DNA of 64,000 bases. It comes from Geosiphon pyriformis uo1 (Eukaryota; Fungi; Glomeromycota). The position numbers and the translations under genes are program-made. Every line of letters begins with the position of its first letter. Position 1 is the stretch's first letter. The notes under the pieces are model-generated. The model was not told where the DNA came from. It worked only from the letters and a program-made list of their open reading frames with translations, and searched no databases. The DNA is taken from contig JAAOMT010000618.1 in assembly GCA_016748015.1 (NCBI GenBank), positions 3,301-67,300 on the forward strand, read 5' to 3'. Positions 54,250 to 64,000 of the stretch are shown here, piece by piece.

Positions 54250-54390
54250 CAGTGAACTTTCTTTATAATCACACTTTTTGGTTAGCACATTTGTGGTGAC
54301 AATAGAGAAATAGGACTATAAAAAATGATTAATATCTTATCACATAATCTATATATTACATGTATAATATAATAACCAATTATATATATT

Positions 54391-55950
54391 TTATTTAAAA
54401 AAGCTATCTATTTGCAACTGTTTTTTTTCTTCTTGAACTTTAAGAACAGTATTATAAATTAATGTTCTCAAAGTTTTAAAAAAGTTTGAATTAACTTTTT
54501 TACTATACTGCTCTTCACAATAGTGCAATGTATTTTCAAGTGCAGTTTTATCTTAATGTGTAGATAGCAAAAGCAAAGGTTTATCTTCATTTTCACTTTC
54601 TAAATCTTTATTTGCATTAGAATTTCCACTATACTTGTTGTTAATAAAATCCACAATTTCATTCTCTGAGGCATAAGTGAATAATGATTCAAACTTGTTA
54701 ATATTAATAAAGTCTATTGCCAATAGCTTGTCAATATCAACATGCTCAATAAAAACTTGTATTTCTTATAGGAGTTTTTGTTCAATATCTAATAAATGGG
54801 CTGGCATTTAACTATTATTCAGAATTTCCATATGATGCTAACAGTTTTGGATTGTAGTTGTTGTTACCACTGACCACACATTAATTAGAAAGTCAACCAC
54901 ATCCTTTAATGTTACTGTTGATATTGAAATCTTGTTATTATACTGATTAATAAGATAGAAAAAAAACAACTTTTGGTATTGTGTCTTAAAAAATGCAATA
55001 ATTCCTACATGTGATGGTTGCAAATGGAATGTTGTATTGGATGGTAGGTATCTAATCATAATATTAGATAATATAGAAGGTTCTCTACCATAAAAACCAG
55101 CATTATCAAGCAATAACAAAATCTTTTTTTTCTTGTAATGCATTTTTTTATTTAATGAATTAAGCCATTCACTAAAAATATCAGTTCGCATCTATGCTTT
55201 TGAATTGTAATGATAAGTGATTGGAAGTGCATTTATATTAATATTGCAAAAACATTGTGACTTTGCAGCTTTGCCAATAATTAAAGACTGCAACTTGATG
55301 CTGCCTGTTGCATTATAAACAAAAAATATGGTAATTTGACTCTTATCACACTTGGTGCCAGAGATAGATATTGTTGCCAAAGTTGTATTTGGTGGTATTC
55401 TAAAGAATAATGCTGTCTTATTGGCATTGTAAACATTATTTAGATCATATTTGCTGATAATCTCACCCAGTTTTTCTTGTTCCTCTGGTAAAATTTCTAA
55501 GAGAACACTTTTTGTTTTACCATGCATCTTAATGTGGTGCAAATTATGACGTTTTTTGAACTTTTCTAACCAATCATCTGATGCTTTAAAGTTATTTTCT
55601 TTCAGAAACTTTTCAGCAAACTTAAGGGCTTTTGTTTGTAAAATTTTTCCAGTAAAAATGCAGTTGGTAGCTAGTGCTCCAAACATCTATTCTCCCAGTG
55701 TATTATTTATCTTTAAAAATATCTCTTTTCTGTTTTTTGTTAATTGACCAGAGTTGTCAAATATATTCTTTTCAATCTATCAATCTGATTTTGCGAGTAT
55801 CTTTGTTACAGTAAAGCAATTAATCTTTAGATTGAATATTTCAATAAGTCTATTTGCTGAATAGTCAGGATGTTCTAGTTTGTACTGGCAAAGAGACTTT
55901 TTAATCTCCAAGAAGATTGCTGCTTGCTTTTGGTTTGCATTTTTTGGCAT
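54391..55950 (-). pseudogene. pogo transposase (HTH + CENP-B HTH + DDE_1), with stops
   Basis: FKASDDWLEKFKKRHNL, VYNANKTALFF, LLLLDNA, LPSNTTFHLQP, and C-terminal QLQIDSFFK*. Confidence 0.9.
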
Positions 55951-56199
55951 GTTAATAAGAATACACTTTTTATTGCATTTTGCTTTTATAATGCGTTGAT
56001 GTATTTATTATGTCTCAAACATTATTTTGCCTTATATCTAATCGAATATATGAGGTGTTTTATGTTATATAAAGTGCCTCAGATTATAAAAAGCAGCCAA
56101 ATTATAAAAATAAAGATTTTAATCCAACTTTAGGATTTTAAGTACAAATGACAGATTCTTGGTAAAAAAAACCTAATTTCAATAATGCATCTGTGACAC

Positions 56200-56520
56200 T
56201 TTTTGCCTCTTACCCCCAACTGATGATCAATAATAAAAACTGTCAATTTAATCCTCTGCATACTTGCATAATTACATAGAAGATAGCACAATGTCATGTT
56301 GTTAAGCCCCTCAAATACAGCAATGTCTATATCAATCATGTAAACATCACAGCTAATAGAAGTAGTTAACAATTTATTTTTCCATTCTAAAAACACTTAT
56401 TGACATGCTTCACAAGTTTATTAATTAAAAACATAATAATAAAACATAAAACATCACAATCCATTCTCGATGTTAATGAGACAACATATTGCAAATTCAT
56501 TTTATCAGTTATCTATAGTG
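56200..56520 (-). pseudogene. tilS: captured N-terminal fragment of TilS-like PP-loop ATPase
   Basis: IAVFEGLNNMTLCYLL...LTVFIIDHQL is a largely transition-decayed version of IAVSGGxDSMALxxLL...TVDHxL. Confidence 0.65.
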
Positions 56521-57009
56521 TTGTATTGGTATTCAATGGCTAAGTCAAGATTTGTTTACAATATAAGATATCTGGAAGCTATGAGAAAGAGCCAATTGAT
56601 TGGGCAATCAAAATACATAATATAATAATTGTAATTACAGAGGTGAAGCAGAAGATATCAATTAAGGTGTGGGTCAATATATGATTCAACTTTAAAGCAT
56701 TTATGCAATATAATAAAAAACATTCCTATGACATAGTCTTATGAGAAATTGAGATGTTTGGAATAATCACTGCAAGTGATTAGATAATTATCAAAGTGGT
56801 TTTAAGTGGGATCAATGATAATAGTAAAGTTGAGGTATTGTTAAGTTTGTGCTTCCCTCTTTCCTTGCCTATTAGTGAGGCAACATTGAATAAAAACCTT
56901 TTGTGTAGTCAACTTGAAAACTTGTTTGGTCAAATCAAGTGGGATTTCGACCAACAAATTAAGTCTTAGAGTTTAGGTAAACAACAACATATGGAATTTA
57001 CTCTTACTT

Positions 57010-57582
57010 AAATTGTATATTGTAGTAAAACTCCCTGCATTAACTGCTTTTTAATATAATTTGATCCCTTTACTCTTGTCCTATTGATGTTTTTGCCATA
57101 CTCATAGCAATAATCTAACTAATTCATTGTACCAGAATTCTCTGTATCAACTATGATTTGAAAAAATTTGACCATTTTACTCATGTCTTGATCAATGCAT
57201 TTGCCATTAAAGTAGCAATAACCTATCTAATTCATTGCTCTAGAATCTCTCACATTAGCCATCTTTTGATATAATTTGACAGCTTGATCTGTGTTCTGAT
57301 CAATGCATTTGCCATTAAAGTAGTAATGTCTTAATCAAGTTATTGCTTCAAAATTCTCTGCATTAACAGTTTTTTAATATAATTTAACCTCTTAACTTTT
57401 GTTCTAATTGATATTTTTATTATGCTAATAGCAATAACCTAAATTGTTTATTGTAGCAGAATTCTCTGTATCACTTGTCTTTTAATATAATTTAACAGCT
57501 TGACCTGTGTCCTAATTAACATCTTTGCCATGAAAGTAACAATTTCCTAATTTATCCATTGCTGTAGAGTTTCCAGCATTTA
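57010..57582 (-). pseudogene. Sel1-like repeat array (~5 x 36 aa), decayed
   Basis: 108-bp units such as AVKLYQKMANVRDSRAMN*IGYCYFNGKCIDQD. Confidence 0.85.
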
Positions 57583-57649
57583 AACAGAATAGATGATGAA
57601 AATCTAATTCAAGATTTTTACATTTTTAAAAAATATCTTCAAACATTTA

Positions 57650-58040
57650 TAACAATTAACATGGCAATAATATTTCAGTTTGCTTATCTCCCAATAGTCT
57701 TAATAATTGATGTAACAATAATAATTCAGTTACTTACCTCCTAATGGCTTTAACAATCAATACAACAATAATAATCAGATTCACTTATTTTTGAATGGTC
57801 TCAGTAATCAATACAACAATAATAATTCACTTATCTTTAGACAGCTATGACAATCTACATGAATATATTAATCAAATTCGCTTATCTCTAAATGGTTATG
57901 GCAATCAATGTGACAATGATAATCAGATTCACTTATTTTTGAATAGCCTCAACAATTAATGTAACAATAATAATTTATTTCACTTACCTTTAGATAGTTA
58001 TGGCAATTATCACAGCAATGCTAAATAAATTTACTTAGTG
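57650..58040. repeat. ~51-bp tandem repeat x7-8
   Basis: Unit approximately ACAATCAATGYRACAATAATAATCAGATTCACTTAYCTYYGAATGGYCTYR. Confidence 0.8.
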
Positions 58041-59053
58041 GCTTGGACAATTATTCAATATTTGCCACCAAGGCAAAGCAGAGCATGCTATTTTACACCA
58101 ATTTGCTTATTGTAACTTTTAAAATTATACCAATAAAATAATAAATTAATGAATAAAGCAAACAATGATAGATTAATATAAGTCTTATTATTGCAATACT
58201 TAAATGCAAAATAGGGTCGACATTTTATAATAATATTTGGAGCACTTTTTATAATCTGAGGTATCTTACATGTCTGATTAAATATGAGATGACATCTAAT
58301 GTTTATATCTAATATTATATAATTATAGTGTGACTATAAAGAGTAGAAATTACTTATATTCTGCTATCATATTTGTGGAAATAGGGACTATAAGGAGATA
58401 TATATAGTAAAAGTGACTATAAGGAGATAATATTATATATAAATGGTTTTGGTTTTTAAAAAAATGTGATTATAAGAAAATAGTGACTATAAACAGAAAG
58501 ACTATAGAGAGAGTTCACTATATATCTTATTGTATTATAGTAGATAGTAGTTGGATTTTACTTGTTTATAAATAAATAAATAAGTTTAAGTATTTTTGTA
58601 ATGTATTTAAAAAAATTTATATATATAATTGTTTTGTAATTAGGACATGAAAATAAAATTGAATAAATACCAAGAATTAAAAAAGCATATTTTATTTAAA
58701 TTAAAATAATTTTTTAATCTTTTACTTATCAAATCTTCCCATTATATCCACTACGATAGTACGATGATCATATGACTTAATTCATCGCACACCTCAAAAT
58801 GAGGAATTTTTGTCGTACTTTTATATAAAAAAAACCAGCATACTTTGCTGACTTCGCCACCTTAATCGAGATTTTGTAAGCTTAATTTTATTAATGATTT
58901 TTTTATCAAGTAATTGGTACAAAATATCCTCCCTCCTCTCAAAATGAGCTTCAATTCTGTCTTTATCTGCTATAACCTTTAATCTTTCGAAGGCTCTGAG
59001 TAACCTAAAGTGTCAAGACCGCGAGACGAACTCTGCAGCCCTATCTACCCTTG

Positions 59054-61056
59054 ATGGATACCCAGCAATTATTCTTTGCTCTACATGTCTCTGTAATCGC
59101 TTTAGTCGCTTTTATGGTGCATAAGAAAGTTCCTGAAGCTTATATGGTAACTCAGCTCCTTGAAGCAGTCACAGCTCTGGATTCTCCATAGAAAAGTTGA
59201 GTTAATGAGTGGTCCATATGGTTTATTTTGGATGTAGGACGAAGTATTTCACGTTCCTCAGGCTCAACGGTATTGTGCTTTAGACTACCGGACGTGGGAT
59301 CCCATGTTGACAACTCCGCCTGGCTTGTATATAGTAATCTAATATATCCTAAAATATTCAACGCGAGATATTATTTGATAAAAATTTTTCCTTTGTAGAT
59401 ATGTCATAAGCAATGTGTTATTTTCACCCTTCTTGTTTAGCTCAACCTCGAGATTCTGTTCAACGACATTACTCCGTAGCACCAATTTTGGATTTGCCAT
59501 TGGCTTACATCTTGTCATTAAAAGAATTCTTTTGCGACTACATCCTTATCAAAATAAACTGGAACGAGAATTTAATCCATTAGTCATCACACTATTTCCC
59601 ATTGTATGGTTCTACAATTTTCTATACTACACGGATCCAGGATCTACTTTTTTTGTATTGCTTGGATATTTGTTAGCGTTAGAATGCAAGTACAAGACTA
59701 GTGCTTTGGTGGGTAGAATGTATTAATTATGCGGAAAATCTTTAATTCTAATCTATTCAGAGATATTTATTTTTCTTGTTAATCATTAGGTCATGGGTAT
59801 TAGTATCTTGTTTAGGCAGACAAATATCACCTGGGTAGCGTTTATTTTGGGTGTTTCAACTTTAAAAGTTTTATCAAGCCAAAAAGACGCAATCTTAAAT
59901 CCCAAGGTAGCCGAAATTAAGACTTGGGGTAAGAAAATCACGCCTTTTGATATTGAACAAATCAATATTTACTATTGAATGATTTAATTGTCATTTACCA
60001 GGGCAAGGATTTAATCAAGTGGTCATTTTCATCATGTCGATATTCAAAAACTTTAGAAACGTTATGATATACTTTTTTCCGTTTTTTATCCTCTTTATTG
60101 CTCTTGGAATTTTTATCAAGTGGAACGATGGTATCGTTTTAGGTATGTTCATTTTGAATGAAAATTATTGCTTTTTAGTTTTTACTTAAGGATTTATGTT
60201 AATAAAAAAATAGGTGATCGATCCCACCACACGCCTATTTTCCATTTTCCGCAAATTTTTTACTTTGCATCTTTTACATTAATTTTCGGTGCACCTATTG
60301 TATTAAGTTTTGATCATATTGGTCCAATCTGGGATTTTGTTGATTATAGGTCCCCCAGGTTTTGCAAGTTCCACTTTAGCATTTTGACCAATATAGAATA
60401 GAGATTTAATCTTTGATTGGGTTCTATAAACACTTAGGAAACTGTTACTGTTCTGGATGATGATGACATATCTGATGTATATGATTCATGAATTCAGGTT
60501 GGTTAATCGAAAAAAAGTTTTGTTCCCCGAACTGATCTCCGGTTAAATTTTCATTTTTGAAATCTTTCGTGAAACCAGCTTTGAGCATCCTTACTTGCTC
60601 GCTGACAACCGACATTATTCCTTCTACCTTTGGAAAAATGTTTATCGGCGACACAAGAGCATCAAATATCTCTTGTTACCGTTCTATATTACTGCCATAA
60701 GGATTTTGGGAAAACTTTTAAGTAAATAATTTTTTTTAATTATTAAATTGTTCTTGAGCAGCCCCTCCATAATTAACATTGACTTTGGTATAGCTTCACA
60801 GCAGTCTTTTTTATGGGTGATTATCTATTTGAGTACAATATGTTTGGCACTCATCCCTTCACCTTTACTAGAGTTTCGATATTTTATTCTGCCTTACATA
60901 TTTTATAGACTGCATATACCACAACCAGATTTAAAGCGGCTGGGACTCGAATTCTTTCTTTACATTATTGTAAACATTGTTACTCTATACACATTCTTGT
61001 TACGACCATTTATTTGGAAGTCTGAAGAAGACAAATACCAAAGATTTATGTGGTAG
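59054..61056 (+). CDS. ALG10: Dol-P-Glc alpha-1,2-glucosyltransferase ALG10/DIE2, multi-exon
   Basis: [19 protein letters not shown]...[77 protein letters not shown]. Confidence 0.95.
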
Positions 61057-62092
61057 ATAAAACCACGCAGAAGTCAAGATATAGATTTTCTTGACGTAAA
61101 AGGCTTGTTAATTTTTCCGCCTGTCTGGGAGATTATTTTTCTGGATACTGAAATCTGTAAAAACCAAGATAAATTTTGATCTGGTTATAAACCTTTAGTA
61201 TAAACGTCATTAATAAAATATTATAAAAAGGGATCAAAGTGAAACCTGATGCAATGTTTATTCGGTACTGTCTGTCGACTTGCATGTGGTTAATATAAAG
61301 ATTAAGTTAGATGTGCAAATATACACAGAAAGATAGAGAGTGACAGGTCTCAGGAAGGAATAATAGCTATGACATAATACTAGAATTCAAAACATTTCAA
61401 TAGATTGTAAACACACAAAGTTCTAATCCATGGAAAAACATACACTTACTGAGTAATCAACATGTGGATATTTATCAAGAATGTTAAAGAATGATAAAAA
61501 TCGAGCTTGGGAAAATTTACAAAATAGTAAAAGGTTGGGTCACAGATTCATTATCTCCTAATTATCTTAAATTTTATGGAGAAATACTAAAAAGGAAATA
61601 ACTTGTGGTTGTGAAAGCTGTCATTCGATTATTGATTCATTATTTGGTTTCAAAAAAGGAAAAGTTCAAAGAAATAGTTGGGATGGAAAAGATGATGAAC
61701 GTTAAATAGCTTCTAAGGGTTATTCCACCGAATTCCGTCCACTGTAGCAGGAAGCAATAAAAACAAACTTTAAGAAAAAATCAACAGCGCAAAAATAGGG
61801 GTTTCAAGTTTATGGGTCGGCGCAATTTTTTTTGCCGGAAAAATTGGAATGGCTCAGATATTTGTTTGTATTACCAGAATTTTTTTTTTCAATTTATCTT
61901 TTTGGGCAGGCGGATTCCCTAGCAAACCCAGGATCTTAAACGAGTATAGTAATAAACAATATACATACAAAATAACCGAAAAAAACTATTTGTCAATGAC
62001 CTTTTTGAATTAAATACTCTTGTCCTGTTGTCAATGCGAGATTGACAGATTGTTGACGATGATAACTCAAGTTTTTTACTGTTCCTAGTTTA

Positions 62093-62138
62093 ATGAATTC
62101 ACAATGGCATGGCATTTGCCGTGCCATTGTGAATTTAT
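62093..62138 (+). other. near-perfect 22-bp inverted repeat (hairpin)
   Basis: ATGAATTCACAATGGCATGGCA-TT-TGCCGTGCCATTGTGAATTTAT. Confidence 0.7.
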
Positions 62139-64000
62139 GTCACAGCGGAAAAATGGGTTGAAAGATGCCCACGATATTAATGATATTGAATATCACTTTC
62201 CAATTAAAGCTTAGCATAATTTTGGGCTTAAAGAATCTGAGCCTCTTTCCTAATTTCCAAAAAATCAATAATCGTAACCATAAATAAAAAAATTTATCAC
62301 CGTCTTTTGAGAAAAATTTTTCAAGAAGGATGTGATCTCTCGTGAAAAGCCTAATATTCGATGTTCAAAAGTTTTTGATTTTTTCCGTTCATTTTTTTTT
62401 TTACGAAAATTAATAGAGGCACAATTATATAATTGCCCATGAAGCAGTGAAAGGTAAATCTTACCCAATCCCGAGATTCAGATCAGAAAGGTGCGCGATA
62501 TCCTCTATGAAATCCCGTTTCTCATCGGATTGTGGATCTAATGGTGTGTTGACTCTTAAAGTATAACCTTTGTTATAAACTTTACAATTTCATCACTTGA
62601 TAAATATTAAACACTTTGCTTAGCTATAATCTTTCTATAATAAGCTTACCAAGGCCAGAGTCAACTCCTCATCTCCATAATCTAAAATAAAGTTTTGACT
62701 ATTGTTGTGACGATATTGGGTATTAATGAATTCATCCTAATTAAGTTCTATTATTGGGAAGATCTTTTTTGAATTGTTATGATCATCTTGGTCGAGGATG
62801 CCACTTGAGCGTTTTTCCGCGATCTATGATGTAATAATGTGGCTCATTAGATATCAAGATAATGGAAACGAATTTCAGCTTTTAATACGCCACCCTCTGA
62901 CCACATGCAGGAATTTTACCAATTGCCAATACTCGAATATGTCATTTTAACTATTCGAGAATAAAAAACTTGGGGAAAAAGATAGTCTTTAATTTTAGAA
63001 ACACTGTATCACACACACATACTTAAACATATGGCATCGACCCTTCCAATGTTTCTATTAGTCTAACAAATAAGTCAGGAAAGCGAGAATGGTTTAGCTT
63101 TTTTGTGGATCGTTTCTATTTTGTGTGTAAATCTGTATAGTGTCGTGTTTTGTTTTTATTTTCGTGCACTGTCGGAATTTAATGGCGCATCCTAATATGG
63201 TCACTGATTAAACTTAAAGCAACGTAATAAGTTTATTACATAATTAAGATTTAGACCCGAGTCAAATAGTCTCCTTGATGTTTTGATCAGAAAATTTATC
63301 ATCGATAAGTGGGATATCCTAAATTTTTTTTTATTGATAGTGGGAATGGCATTTGCCGGTTGAATTATTTGGGAAAAAAAGAATCTGTAATTTTCTTTTT
63401 TGAATACTTTCGTCATTGTTTTTTTGGAACAGTAGTGATTCAAGATGTTATGATAAATTGATCATGAGGAAATATAATATAGTGGAGTTTAAAATTCATA
63501 TTTTTAATTGTGATAGATTGACTCAAAAAATTTCTTGGATGATTAATGAACACTGTGGTTGATATAGATCAAAATCAATAGAAACCATCGCCTACTGCAA
63601 TTAGGTAAACTATTGCAGAAAAGTTGGATTGCAAGGAATTATACCTGTTTGAAAATAATTAGCTGACATCGATAAACAATGTAAAAATTGCGATTAGAAA
63701 AAATGTTTTCCACGCGACATTCAAATCAAAAAATAATAAATTCTAACCAAGTATTACCTGTCAAAAAAAAAAAAACAAGAGAAAAAATGGTCTAAAATAT
63801 TTCTGGCACCATTGAAACACTATATCCGATAAATGCAGATCATCGAGAAAGAAAATTCAGAAGTACAATATGGGAAAAAAATTTACAGGTTTGAGATTAG
63901 CGGCAAATGCCGAATTTTTGTATGATTCTAATCTGCGAGAGTCGGTTTTTATGCATTTTTAAAGAAAACTTGGCAAATCTGTAATTGGTATAAATATTTC

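Larger units (their letters stand above)
56072..58266. mobile_element. non-autonomous TIR element nested in pogo, carrying host gene fragments
   Basis: Inverted ends AAGTGCCTCAGATTATAAAAAG (56072) and CTTTTTATAATCTGAGGTATCT (ending 58266), flanked by TA (TATA/TACA). No transposase seen inside. Confidence 0.75.
54250..58520 (-). mobile_element. pogo/Tigger-like Tc1-mariner DNA transposon
   Basis: TIRs CAGTGAACTTTCTTTATAATC (54250) and GACTATAGAGAGAGTTCACTA (ending 58520), TA on both sides, subterminal GACTATAA repeats. Confidence 0.9.

Noticed and set aside
56130-56396. Bacterial horizontal transfer of tilS
   Set aside because: Splice-site-like boundaries and neighbouring eukaryote-type cargo favour a captured host gene.
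57650-58040. CRISPR-like array
   Set aside because: Units are contiguous diverged tandem repeats with no unique spacers. The context is eukaryotic and no cas genes are present.
62200-62950. Minus-strand spliced gene suggested by GTAAG donors near 62465 and 62649
   Set aside because: Candidate exons could not be joined into an open frame. A non-coding transcript cannot be excluded.

Overview
Eukaryotic, intron-rich, AT-rich fungal DNA. The gene style and TE families suggest Mucoromycota/Glomeromycotina, possibly Geosiphon-like (inference). Two gene blocks flank a ~46.5 kb nested transposon island (~12.1-58.7 kb). The left block holds a UBL-BAG co-chaperone, MFAP1, a small ORF and a ~26-intron SPATA20/YyaL gene; the right block holds ALG10. 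In the island, a LINE is split by Ty3/Gypsy element B, which contains non-autonomous element C, which contains element D; B also contains a D-family solo LTR. The island further holds Gypsy element A, more LINEs, and a pogo transposon that carries a nested TIR element with host gene fragments (TilS-like, Sel1 repeats). The most notable observation is a shared, atypical layout in the three Gypsy families. Gag-PR-RT-RNaseH ends in a stop, integrase follows as a separate out-of-frame ORF with its own start, and a conserved non-env ORF3 runs through the PPT toward the 3' LTR. B and D also carry a Cys-rich domain and a dUTPase between PR and RT. All five LTR-element target-site duplications differ only by C>T/G>A, pointing to repeat-directed cytosine hypermutation.
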